From positions 1 to 64,000 of IMG/VR virus record IMGVR_UViG_2595698396_000001: a stretch of DNA of 64,000 nt; one strand, 5' to 3'. The translations under genes and the position numbers were made by a program. This stretch comes from a virus. Lineage: Duplodnaviria > Caudoviricetes. How positions within the stretch are numbered: the stretch's first letter is position 1; every line of letters begins with the position of its first letter. Below, piece after piece: positions 1 to 8,581 of this stretch. Under the pieces are notes generated by a model. The model was not told the DNA's origin, did not search any database, and saw only the letters and a program-made list of their open reading frames with translations.

Positions 1-8
1 AAAACAAC

Positions 9-266
9 ATGAAACAACAATTAATTTTATTACTACTGTTATTTACAATTGGTATCACAGCTCAAACTAAATACACTATAAATGGTAACAAGTTAGATAA
101 GGTTGAAACAACTAAATCAGAACCTGTTAAAACATCATGGAGTATTGATATTAAAGACGTTAACTATCCAGTATATAAAAGTACTAGAGGTAGTTATTAT
201 ATAATACGAACAAGTAAAAAGACTGGTAAAAAGTATAAACAGTACATAGAAATAGAAGGAGTATAA
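9..266 (+). CDS. small secreted hypothetical protein
   Basis: 85-aa ORF with a signal-peptide-like N-terminus (MKQQLILLLLLFTIGITAQ). Confidence 0.7.
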   Translation: MKQQLILLLLLFTIGITAQTKYTINGNKLDKVETTKSEPVKTSWSIDIKDVNYPVYKSTRGSYYIIRTSKKTGKKYKQYIEIEGV

Positions 267-282
267 ACAATTAAAACAAATC

Positions 283-1278
283 ATGAAAAAACTATTAACA
301 TTTTTAGTATTAGCAATGTCACTATCATTAATGACTTGCAATAAAATGAATGCTCAAGAGTATTCTAAATTATCAATTGAACCTGAAGTAGGACTCACAA
401 AAGTACGTGATATTACTTCAGTAGAACCATTTAATGTAGACTTAGGAGTAAGATACATGACTAACACTAAATTTGGTGTTAAATTAAATGGTAACTACAC
501 AAACATTCCAGACTATGATATTTCGTATTGGTCAGGTGGATTACATGGTGTAATTAATGTTGGTAGACTCTTAGAATTTGAGTCATTTACTAATAACTAT
601 ACTATATTATCAGGAATAGGTGGTACTTATACTTATTCTAAACAGCCTAACAATTCAATATTATTACATAGACTATCAAACTTTCATTTATCAGCATTTG
701 TAGATAATGAATTTAAATTATCAAAGAATATCTTTCTAAAATTAGGACTAGATGTTATAACAGGTGTCAATTCAAGACCATTTGCTGTTACAACTAGCAC
801 TGAAACTACTACTATATTAAATTTTAACACTGGTATAACTATTAATTTAGGTAACAAAGAACACGCTGATTGGGCTCTACCAAAGCGTCAAATTGATACT
901 GTAAGGTTACAACCAACTATTATTGATAACAGTAAAACTATCAAACAAATATTTAATATAACTAACGCTACTCCAGAGTATGTGTTTTTTAAACATGATA
1001 GTAGTACAGTTGATAAAGATGGCTTAAATGCTATACTAAAGACTAAAGATAAACTAGATAAAGCTAAAGTATTACACGTATTAGGTTATGCCTCACCCCC
1101 AGGCACAAATGATTACAATAAAGCATTAGCTCAAAAGAGGATGTTTAGTGTAATTGATAAACTAATAAGTGTAGGTATTGATAAATCTAAAATACATGTT
1201 ACTATAATAGGTGAGAAAGACACTGTTGATAGTAATAATGTAGATTTGTCAAGACGAGTAGATCTAATAGTAGAATAA
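283..1278 (+). CDS. OmpA-family outer membrane protein (beta-barrel plus C-terminal peptidoglycan-binding domain)
   Basis: Signal peptide, alternating beta-strand pattern, C-terminal VFFKHDSS...GYASPPGTNDYNKALAQKR...SRRVDL OmpA_C signature. Confidence 0.85.
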   Translation: MKKLLTFLVLAMSLSLMTCNKMNAQEYSKLSIEPEVGLTKVRDITSVEPFNVDLGVRYMTNTKFGVKLNGNYTNIPDYDISYWSGGLHGVINVGRLLEFESFTNNYTILSGIGGTYTYSKQPNNSILLHRLSNFHLSAFVDNEFKLSKNIFLKLGLDVITGVNSRPFAVTTSTETTTILNFNTGITINLGNKEHADWALPKRQIDTVRLQPTIIDNSKTIKQIFNITNATPEYVFFKHDSSTVDKDGLNAILKTKDKLDKAKVLHVLGYASPPGTNDYNKALAQKRMFSVIDKLISVGIDKSKIHVTIIGEKDTVDSNNVDLSRRVDLIVE

Positions 1279-1284
1279 AAATAT

Positions 1285-1567
1285 AAGCTCTTTATTTAAA
1301 GATAAACATCATACCTCAGATTGGTAGCTCCTCTGCTTAGGTATGAAACTAATAGTCCCTGTAGACTGTATCAGCAGTTGTGTTTATTCTTTAATGATAT
1401 AATAATCGTATTATACTTAGTGAGAAAGTCCTAAACTTTATTTAGTTCCCATGTATGCTTTAAAACTACTTGGTAAATATTTATAAAGACAAAACAGAGG
1501 TAGATGTGGCTCAGACTAAGGGAAAGTTGAAGCGTGAATATTCCAGAGTGATACTGGTAAAGAGCTT
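1285..1567 (+). ncRNA. putative structured ncRNA (~280 nt), family unknown
   Basis: No ORF. Terminal 10-bp stem AAGCTCTTTA/TAAAGAGCTT; inner stems ATAAACA/TGTTTAT and TCATACCT/AGGTATGA; long-range CCTCTG(1330-1335)/CAGAGG(1495-1500). Confidence 0.6.
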
Positions 1568-1721
1568 TTATATAATATCCAAAAATCTTATTATAATTAA
1601 CCTAAATAGATGTAAATAGTATTAACCCTAAAAACTAGAACTAATGTAAACAACAAAACAACATATCGTCATTAAGAAATATAAGTTCCAGGTCTTAAAA
1701 TCCTGAGAATAAAAATATACT

Positions 1722-1755
1722 AAAAAAATCCTGTAGCATAGTTTACAGGATTTTT
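1722..1755. terminator. intrinsic terminator, possibly bidirectional
   Basis: AAAAATCCTGTA-loop-TACAGGATTTTT inverted repeat. Confidence 0.65.
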
Positions 1756-1758
1756 ATA

Positions 1759-1851
1759 TCACGGGTATCAGTGTTGGTTAACTGTAAATTCAACATAAAT
1801 CATAAGAGGGATTCCCTATGATTGCGAAGGTTCGAATCCTTCACCAGTGGC
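1759..1851 (+). tRNA. degenerate tRNA-like element with long variable arm
   Basis: Perfect T-arm GAAGG-TTCGAAT-CCTTC (1826-1842), acceptor-like TCACGGGT/ACCAGTGG, D-like CAGT/ACTG; anticodon stem poorly paired. Confidence 0.45.
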
Positions 1852-1983
1852 TATTTAAACTAAGTTATTAAACATTTACAAACCGAGAATGATTAAATTC
1901 CCCCTATGAACGTGGAAGGATATGATTTCCCAAGAAAGAGGTGAGATACCTTAATATTATTAACAATTAAAACTAAAGAATAA

Positions 1984-2175
1984 ATGTCACACTTAAAAGA
2001 AATAACAGAAGAATTATTTGGTTGTACTAGATGTGGTAATGAAGTAACAGGTCAAGGTAATAACATACCATGTCCTAGAGGAGGGTGTGAAGCTAAAGTA
2101 ATAGGTGTAAAAGTAACTAGAATTATACTAAAAAAAGGTATTGACATTAAAAAATATACTTTTAAAGAAGATTAA
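1984..2175 (+). CDS. small Cys-rich (Zn-ribbon-like) protein
   Basis: CTRC and CPRGGC motifs; A-rich leader. Confidence 0.6.
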   Translation: MSHLKEITEELFGCTRCGNEVTGQGNNIPCPRGGCEAKVIGVKVTRIILKKGIDIKKYTFKED

Positions 2176-2193
2176 CAACTAAAACTAAGACCA

Positions 2194-2904
2194 ATGGGCA
2201 CGTTAAAAGAAATAGAAGGTAGATACTTCAAAGAATGTAGTGCAGTAATATTACCTACTGAATATAAAACTAATATTGGAATAAGAAATATTCCTCACAA
2301 CCCTAAAGCTAATGGTTTAAGCTACTCTAAAGAGATGTCAAGTTCTAAGATATACTGGCAACCTCAACACCTCTACATAACATCAGATGATGAGATTAAA
2401 GAGGGTGATTATGTACTCTATAATCAGAAAGAAATACTTCAAGTACAAATGGTAACTTCAGAATCTTATCATTTTACAAATGGAGAATATGAAATGAAAA
2501 CTAATATATTTTTATTAGTTAAAATAATAGCTACAACTGATAAATCTTTAAGTATATTTGTAGAGAAAATTAAATATTTAGGTGATGTAGTAAAACCATT
2601 CCCATCACCATCACAGGCATTCATCAAGAAGTATTGTGAGCTTGGTGGTATTGATAAAGTGTTAGTTGAGTATGAACCAGATGAAATTGCAAGCAAAATG
2701 TCTCAAGCTAAAAATTGGCAAAAGAAATTTCAACCAATTTTTAAACTTAAAACAGATTCTCATAATACCATCACAATTAACTCTGTAAAAAATAATTGGA
2801 ATAGAGATGAATTAACAAATTTATTATTAAGATATTCTAAAGAACAATTTGGAACAATATCTAATAGTAAATATGTATTAGATTGGATTAAAGAAAACTT
2901 ATAA
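2194..2904 (+). CDS. hypothetical protein
   Basis: 236-aa ORF with A-rich leader. Confidence 0.75.
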   Translation: MGTLKEIEGRYFKECSAVILPTEYKTNIGIRNIPHNPKANGLSYSKEMSSSKIYWQPQHLYITSDDEIKEGDYVLYNQKEILQVQMVTSESYHFTNGEYEMKTNIFLLVKIIATTDKSLSIFVEKIKYLGDVVKPFPSPSQAFIKKYCELGGIDKVLVEYEPDEIASKMSQAKNWQKKFQPIFKLKTDSHNTITINSVKNNWNRDELTNLLLRYSKEQFGTISNSKYVLDWIKENL

Positions 2905-2910
2905 ATAATA

Positions 2911-3357
2911 TAGGTTAAACATTGAAGATACCTTTGTAAATACGGCACGTTATAATGTATTAAGTTAAAAGCTTACTCTCTTGAAATAAGAGCATAGCAA
3001 TATTATACAAGCCTAAGTTCACATAAACAATACTAATCCTGAATTGACAGGATGTTAAAATACCTACTTAGATAGTACATTGTATATCTATGCAAACCGT
3101 AGGAGTTAGTTTAAATGGAGTGATCCTAGATGTGTTGTCACCTTGAGAAAGTGGAGTATAAGTGAAGGAGAATGTAATTCCTTACAACACAAATGAGTTC
3201 TCAGCAAGTAGTTACGCAAGCATCAATAGCCATTGGAAGTATATGGTAAGGCGTTAACAAGCTAATATAACTACGTGACCCTACTCTTATTAGTGAATTG
3301 AGCAAAGCCTTTTAATGACCGTAAATTGAGGTAACAGCTAATAAGAAAGAGGGTGCT
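2911..3357 (+). ncRNA. putative large structured ncRNA (~450 nt), family unknown
   Basis: No ORF. Nested stems TAGGTT/AGCCTA, ATCCTG/CAGGAT, CCTAC/GTAGG, GTGTTGT/ACAACAC, GTAGTTA/TAACTAC, TCTTATTAG/CTAATAAGA, ACCCT/AGGGT; two candidate pseudoknots. Confidence 0.65.
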
Positions 3358-3404
3358 AATAAAAAGTTTTGATAATCCTTTTTATGCCTAAGGTTGAAAT
3401 TCCA

Positions 3405-3491
3405 AGAGATTAATAAAATATGGTAACACATTAAGGTTGGATTCCTTTTTAAGCAGCTAGCTATGTAGGTTTCAATTTCCTTTTAATCTCT
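3405..3491 (+). tRNA. degenerate tRNA-like element (Ser-GGA-like)
   Basis: AGAGATTAA/TTAATCTCT acceptor-like stem, AAGG-TTGGATT-CCTT anticodon-like hairpin, variable arm, distorted T-arm AGG-TTTCAATTT-CCT. Confidence 0.35.
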
Positions 3492-3549
3492 AAAATCTAC
3501 TACATAATACAAACCTTGACGAGGTGTAGTAGTTTTAAACTAATTGTAT

Positions 3550-3587
3550 TAAAGAACTTAAAACTAAAGAACTTAAAACTAAAGAAC
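3550..3587 (+). repeat. 15-bp tandem repeat (TAAAGAACTTAAAAC x2.5)
   Basis: Seen directly, just upstream of the ATG at 3590. Confidence 0.85.
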
Positions 3588-3589
3588 AA

Positions 3590-3910
3590 ATGAATGAAAT
3601 TATAATTATAATTATATTGACATCTATTGTAATAATACATCATATATTATTCTATATTAAAATAAAAAATAATAAAGATTATATAAAAACTTATATAGAA
3701 TATGATGATATAGATGCAGCATTAAAGACTGCTGATGAAACATTTCAATTCTTAATGATCAATTTAATCAGTAATACTATTGTATTAAATATTATAATAC
3801 TAACAGGGAATACTGATTTTGTGCTAATAGGAATTCTAATGATAATATTAGCTATTATAAACTATATAAATTTAACAGAAACTAAAAAACTAATTTTAAA
3901 ACTATTATAA
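3590..3910 (+). CDS. membrane protein
   Basis: Three hydrophobic Ile/Leu-rich segments. Confidence 0.65.
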   Translation: MNEIIIIIILTSIVIIHHILFYIKIKNNKDYIKTYIEYDDIDAALKTADETFQFLMINLISNTIVLNIIILTGNTDFVLIGILMIILAIINYINLTETKKLILKLL

Positions 3911-3911
3911 C

Positions 3912-4019
3912 ATGTACAAACAAGAAGAAAAACAACCACAATCTCAAACATTTTTAGAAAGAATAACACAAGAATTCTTAGTTGATGAAATCAACGAGAA
4001 TGTACATATGTTTATATAA
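3912..4019 (+). CDS. small acidic protein (35 aa, below track cutoff)
   Basis: MYKQEEKQPQSQTFLERITQEFLVDEINENVHMFI*, packed between the previous gene and tmRNA. Confidence 0.45.
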   Translation: MYKQEEKQPQSQTFLERITQEFLVDEINENVHMFI

Positions 4020-4030
4020 CATATTATATT

Positions 4031-4499
4031 GGGGTCGACTGGTTTTGAACCGAATGAAACTAATAATTATCAGCCAGAGAGATAACTGTAAACTAAGGTG
4101 AATTTATTTAAACGGAAACGATACAGATAATACCCAATTAAAAGCTAATATGACTGTTGTTCACAACATTCTTAATGGATCAGATGCCTTAATTGGTAGC
4201 TCAGTACAGAAATTAGCAATGGTAGCATAAACCAATAGACGAAAAAAGGTTAATAGTAGTCATATGCATAAACTTATACCAGTAACCTTGAAAGACCCGA
4301 AATATAGGGGATTTGCATGACATTTATATGTTCGCTAGTCTTAAACATCCATATGGTGCCCTATGTAGTGAAGCTGTAGTATAAGTTTAATTATTTTTTA
4401 ATTATAAATCTAGCGTAAAGAGTATAAACAAACGTGAAGCTGTATAGTATAATTATTAACTTAATTTGTGTGACGGGGGTTCGAATCCCCCCGACTCCA
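4031..4499 (+). ncRNA. ssrA: tmRNA
   Basis: 5' GGGGTCGACTGGTTTTGA and 3' GACGGGGGTTCGAATCCCCCCGACTCCA; acceptor stem with G3-U70; internal tag frame 4114-4230 ending KLAMVA*; CCA not encoded. Confidence 0.92.
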
Positions 4500-4559
4500 C
4501 TGTCCCGCCAATGGGTCAATTGAAAGTGAACTCTAATCAGGAGTATATCTGGTGGTTAT

Positions 4560-4584
4560 AGGTGGTATTAATTTACCACCTTTT
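4560..4584 (+). terminator. intrinsic terminator after tmRNA
   Basis: AGGTGGTA-loop-TACCACCT followed by a T run. Confidence 0.6.
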
Positions 4585-4601
4585 AATTTAAAAACAAACA
4601 A

Positions 4602-4901
4602 ATGAAAACAACTAAATTTTTAAGATTCATAAGTCAAGTAAGATCATCATTTAGAGAACTAATGGATGAAAAACATTATGAAAAGAGATCAATAGAACGA
4701 AAATTAAGGGATATTACTGTTGATATAATGGATTTCCCCTTAGAAGAACGCTTAGAAATACTAACTAAAATACAAACAAATGTCATTGGAAAAACTAAAA
4801 TTGAGATCGCTTCGAATTTGGAGAAAGAAGAAATCATTAAGAGAGACTCGGAACAAAGAAGTGAAAATTATAAAAAGATCGCCAGTTCAATTGGAGCCTA
4901 A
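4602..4901 (+). CDS. hypothetical helical protein
   Basis: 99-aa ORF with A-rich leader. Confidence 0.65.
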   Translation: MKTTKFLRFISQVRSSFRELMDEKHYEKRSIERKLRDITVDIMDFPLEERLEILTKIQTNVIGKTKIEIASNLEKEEIIKRDSEQRSENYKKIASSIGA

Positions 4902-4911
4902 AGTTCAAACT

Positions 4912-5625
4912 ATGTTTAAAATCATATCATTTGGTTTTGCTTATAGTAAAACTAAATCTGGTTGCGATAGAGTATTAGATGGTAATGGTAAATATACAAG
5001 AACTGATAATGGAAGTGTACCATTTCCGTTATCTACATTATTACAACAATTATATGATCCCCTTCATGGTTATTATATTAAACGTGTAATGCAATTACCA
5101 AGTGGTATAGTATATGAAGTAGGAGACCATGTGTTGTCATCCAAATGTTTTATACCTTTAAGAATTGATAGTTTTGAGTTATTAAGTGAAGACTCACCTT
5201 ATATATTTTTTAGATCAGGTAAATTTAGATTTCCATTATGGTCTGTAACAGGTGAACCAGATAAAACTGAAGACACATCCACTGTAATGTCAGAAGATGT
5301 TAGAAAAGCTATTACACCTAAAGTTGAAGTTAAACCTGAAGTTAAACCTAAAGTTGAACAAGTAATCAATTTAAACACAGATGTACTACTTAGAAAGAAT
5401 TATCCTAAATGTATGTACAGAGTAATTATTAAAGATGGTTACTACAGGCTTGAGAATATAGCATATGCTACTTTATATAAACATAAGGCTAAGGTTTTAA
5501 ATATTAAAGATACTAGTATTAGTATTGAAACCTTAAACAAAATTACATCTCGTGGTATGACAGAACCTAAAGATTTTAAAGTAGTATCAATGGTTGATAT
5601 CTACAATAACTGTATAGACTTATAA
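4912..5625 (+). CDS. hypothetical protein (start probably MFKIIS at 4912)
   Basis: This start avoids overlap with the upstream gene; motif IKRVMQLPSGIVYEVGD resembles IKSVKRLSDGEVFTVGD in the 6141 ORF. Confidence 0.65.
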   Translation: MFKIISFGFAYSKTKSGCDRVLDGNGKYTRTDNGSVPFPLSTLLQQLYDPLHGYYIKRVMQLPSGIVYEVGDHVLSSKCFIPLRIDSFELLSEDSPYIFFRSGKFRFPLWSVTGEPDKTEDTSTVMSEDVRKAITPKVEVKPEVKPKVEQVINLNTDVLLRKNYPKCMYRVIIKDGYYRLENIAYATLYKHKAKVLNIKDTSISIETLNKITSRGMTEPKDFKVVSMVDIYNNCIDL

Positions 5626-5626
5626 T

Positions 5627-5785
5627 ATGTTAGACTTATTTAAAATAATATTAGCATTAATAGTGTTAGTAATAATATTTATAGTATTATATACTGTATT
5701 CAATTTTTTAAACCTTGGATATTTATATTGGTATTTTTTAGTATCAACAGTGTTATTATATATTCTAGAACTAATAGACGGATAA
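5627..5785 (+). CDS. small membrane protein (52 aa, not in track)
   Basis: MLDLFKIILALIVLVIIFIVLYTVFNFLNLGYLYWYFLVSTVLLYILELIDG*; fits tightly between neighbours. Confidence 0.55.
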   Translation: MLDLFKIILALIVLVIIFIVLYTVFNFLNLGYLYWYFLVSTVLLYILELIDG

Positions 5786-5787
5786 TT

Positions 5788-5928
5788 ATGTCACAAAATG
5801 GAGTGAAACCGTGTCCTACATGTGGCACAGATCAAAATTTATTAACTAGTGAGAGAAAGTGTAAGTGCGTTAATAAACTTAGCGCACCACCTCCTCCACC
5901 TATAAAAAGAAAACAAAATGATAACTGA
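5788..5928 (+). CDS. small Zn-finger-like protein
   Basis: MSQNGVKPCPTCG...CKC, Pro-rich tail. Confidence 0.5.
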   Translation: MSQNGVKPCPTCGTDQNLLTSERKCKCVNKLSAPPPPPIKRKQNDN

Positions 5929-6154
5929 AAATTTATTACTATGGTTTTTAGCCAGTATAGTTATATTTATATTATGGGCTCTAATGATAAGAGACGTTTC
6001 TGATTCTAAGAATGAAGATTTAGTGATTACAGTAATTTGTGCTGTATTAGGATTACCAATAACATTACTTATACTTCTGGTAGCATTGATTATATTCATA
6101 TGGATTAAAGTATCTGGAATATTTAATAAAAAAGAAGCTGATGAAAAAGTATAA
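5918..6154 (+). CDS. small membrane protein
   Basis: Two hydrophobic helices. Confidence 0.6.
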   Translation: MITENLLLWFLASIVIFILWALMIRDVSDSKNEDLVITVICAVLGLPITLLILLVALIIFIWIKVSGIFNKKEADEKV

Positions 6155-6908
6155 ACTAATCCAAAAATATCCAGGTAGTCCCGATTTAAATACAGAACGA
6201 AATTGGACAGAAGGTACATGGGAAGATATAAATGATTTTTCTAAAGATTGTTTTTATAATCCTCAAGATTATCCAAAATTTTGGCAAGAAGTTATAGAAA
6301 AAGATTATGAAGTATTGTCTGTTATAAACCCTTTACAAAATAATTGTGAAATATTAGAAAATTTAGAAAATGGTTATTCATTTGAGTATAAGTTAAATAA
6401 ATTTCCTCATTTACAAATTAAAAGTGTAAAAAGACTATCAGATGGTGAAGTATTTACTGTTGGTGATAGAATTTGTTTTAAATATTATAATGGTAATGTT
6501 TCTTCTATTTTACATAAAATTGAAATAAAAGAAAGTGAAATAGTATATACTACAGATTATGGTAAAAGAACTCAATTTTTAAATGTTAAACACGTTGAAA
6601 AACCATTATTCACAACAGAAGATGGTATTGATATATTTGAAGGAGATGGTTATTGGTATGTTCAAGACGGAAGTGAACCCACACATCATCATTATCCTAA
6701 CCAAGCCAAATATACTAAACTCAAAGGTGCTGATATATTAAAATTGTCGGATAAAGGTGTTAAACGATTCTCAACAAAAGAAACTGCTGAAGAATATATT
6801 TTAATGAATAAACCTTGTTTGTCTATTAATGATGTATTATCTGCACCAAGATACCTTGGTGATTGGTCTAAAAATTTAAAAGAACTCGTAAAATCTAAGA
6901 TGAAATGA
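6141..6908 (+). CDS. hypothetical protein
   Basis: 255-aa ORF, overlapping its neighbours. Confidence 0.75.
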   Translation: MKKYKLIQKYPGSPDLNTERNWTEGTWEDINDFSKDCFYNPQDYPKFWQEVIEKDYEVLSVINPLQNNCEILENLENGYSFEYKLNKFPHLQIKSVKRLSDGEVFTVGDRICFKYYNGNVSSILHKIEIKESEIVYTTDYGKRTQFLNVKHVEKPLFTTEDGIDIFEGDGYWYVQDGSEPTHHHYPNQAKYTKLKGADILKLSDKGVKRFSTKETAEEYILMNKPCLSINDVLSAPRYLGDWSKNLKELVKSKMK

Positions 6909-7168
6909 AAGTAGACTCTAGTAAATACAAAAACATCGTTAGAGATCTAGAAACTGATGCTTATGAGTATACTATTTTAAGATTTAATAAAATGCAGTTT
7001 TGCAATTCAATTAAGAAACGTTTAAAATCAGCTAAAGAATGGTGTCATGTAGACCAAGATGCAAAAGGTCGATGTAGAATAATTATCACTGCTGATACTT
7101 ATGATAAGTTGAAACTTACCAGTAGAGAAGAACGTAATATTATTAATAGATACTCATCTTTATCATGA
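6905..7168 (+). CDS. hypothetical protein
   Basis: ATGA overlap with the previous gene. Confidence 0.65.
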   Translation: MKVDSSKYKNIVRDLETDAYEYTILRFNKMQFCNSIKKRLKSAKEWCHVDQDAKGRCRIIITADTYDKLKLTSREERNIINRYSSLS

Positions 7169-7488
7169 TTGATTCTAACACACCTGTAATGACAATTAAA
7201 AATGGTAAATTGTCTAAAATTGAAAACAAAAGATTGTTAATAGAAAACTTAGCTACTAAATTAAGCCATAGTTCATATATTGTCATTTTAGACAATGAAA
7301 TTGATATTAAGACTAAGGATATTAAATCCTTTTATATTGGTAAACATGATGCTAATCATGTAACTATTCAAGATTTCAGAACAGTTAACAGTTTTACACT
7401 TGCAGGAGAACGTTTGTTTTCTTGTAAGCAACATCCGCATCCTAAAAATGCTAAACGAAAATTATTAAAAGTAACATTTAAAATGTAA
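7165..7488 (+). CDS. hypothetical protein
   Basis: ATGA overlap with the previous gene. Confidence 0.65.
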   Translation: MIDSNTPVMTIKNGKLSKIENKRLLIENLATKLSHSSYIVILDNEIDIKTKDIKSFYIGKHDANHVTIQDFRTVNSFTLAGERLFSCKQHPHPKNAKRKLLKVTFKM

Positions 7489-7493
7489 AAATT

Positions 7494-7670
7494 ATGGTAC
7501 AAACACTAACGAGTCCAGTTAAAAATAACTTCAATCCTAATTTAGGAATTGCTGTAGACGCTAGAAATAGAGTAACTAATGCTTTTTTAGTAGGATCATC
7601 GAATCCAGAAAAAGCTTTTAGTATAAAACATGGTTATACTTATAAAACAACAGTATTTAAAACCATGTAA
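7494..7670 (+). CDS. small hypothetical protein (58 aa, not in track)
   Basis: MVQTLTSPVKNNFNPNLG...KTTVFKTM*; fills the gap between genes. Confidence 0.5.
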   Translation: MVQTLTSPVKNNFNPNLGIAVDARNRVTNAFLVGSSNPEKAFSIKHGYTYKTTVFKTM

Positions 7671-7671
7671 T

Positions 7672-7887
7672 ATGTTTTCAGACTTACATAGATTTAAAGA
7701 ATTTAAAGAAAGTGAACCTAAAACTACTACTAAAACCAAAGAAAAAGTTATTGACATTCAAGACTGTAACAATTGCAGTTATTGTAAAAAAACATTTGTA
7801 ATAACTAAAAAATGTCTTATTAAAGGTGTAACTATTAAAAATGGTAGAGTAGAAGCTTATAGATGTGAGTCTTACTTAAAAAAATAA
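7672..7887 (+). CDS. small Cys-rich protein
   Basis: MFSDLHRFKE...CNNCSYC...C...CESY. Confidence 0.6.
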   Translation: MFSDLHRFKEFKESEPKTTTKTKEKVIDIQDCNNCSYCKKTFVITKKCLIKGVTIKNGRVEAYRCESYLKK

Positions 7888-7889
7888 TA

Positions 7890-8085
7890 AAAACATGTAG
7901 GTTGTTACATATATTTAAATAGTAGCTGGTCTAGTGTTTATTTATATGTAACATTTACAAGAGGTATAAGCTATGGTGCAGGCTAAGAGCTAGAGTATCA
8001 ATCGTTAAGGATTATTTATAATACTTACAAGCATTGTTTGAATGATTAGTGCTAGCTATAGATATAATTAATGACTGCATGTTTT
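7890..8085 (+). ncRNA. putative structured RNA (~200 nt)
   Basis: Closing stem AAAACATGTAG/CTGCATGTTTT; inner TGTTACATAT/ATATGTAACA; no ORF. Confidence 0.5.
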
Positions 8086-8214
8086 AAAATATAAAGGGTA
8101 TTATGAATAATAATAGAAATAAATGGTTAGAATCCAGCGGGTTAGGGAGGACGGGAGAAATTTATTTGTTATGAAAGATTTTTGTTATTAAATACCCTTT
8201 TAATAAAACTAAAT

Positions 8215-8571
8215 ATGTTTACAAACTTAGACAAGTTTAAAGAAGTAGATGTTAAAGAGTTGATTAAAACTCAAAGACTCAAGAAAAAAGACGAGGATAA
8301 TAAAAATCAATGTGGGACTAACAGTTCTAGTTGTTCTTCTAATGATTTTGAAGAAAATAAGTATTATGAAGGAATATATGGTGAAGGTGCTTTACCCCCC
8401 TTTTTAGGGAATAGAAACTTTAATTTACCCGCATTACCAATATTAAATTCTAATATTAGATGTGGGAACTGTAGATTATATGAAGTTGAAAATGTGTTTT
8501 GTACATATAAAGAACAACATGTAATGCCTACTTCACCAACATGTCATAATTACATTTCCATACATCCTTAA
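8215..8571 (+). CDS. Cys-rich protein, probable paralog of the 7672 ORF
   Basis: MFTNLDKFKE...CGNC...C...CHNY. Confidence 0.6.
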   Translation: MFTNLDKFKEVDVKELIKTQRLKKKDEDNKNQCGTNSSSCSSNDFEENKYYEGIYGEGALPPFLGNRNFNLPALPILNSNIRCGNCRLYEVENVFCTYKEQHVMPTSPTCHNYISIHP

Positions 8572-8581
8572 AGTTAATTGA

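Noticed and set aside
1420-1505. RNase P RNA, suggested by GAGAAAGTCC and ACAAAAC motifs
   Set aside because: The motifs are only about 60 nt apart and the P4 pairing cannot be built; left as an unknown ncRNA.
1644-1706. ATG-TAA minigene or tiny pseudogene after a leader motif
   Set aside because: Only 20 codons even if the stop is ignored; not supportable.
3550-3587. CRISPR array
   Set aside because: Contiguous 15-bp tandem repeat with no spacers; no repeat-spacer array seen elsewhere.
4780-4911. N-terminal extension of the 281-aa track ORF overlapping the upstream gene
   Set aside because: A 120-nt overlap is unnecessary; the ATG at 4912 fits the gene packing.
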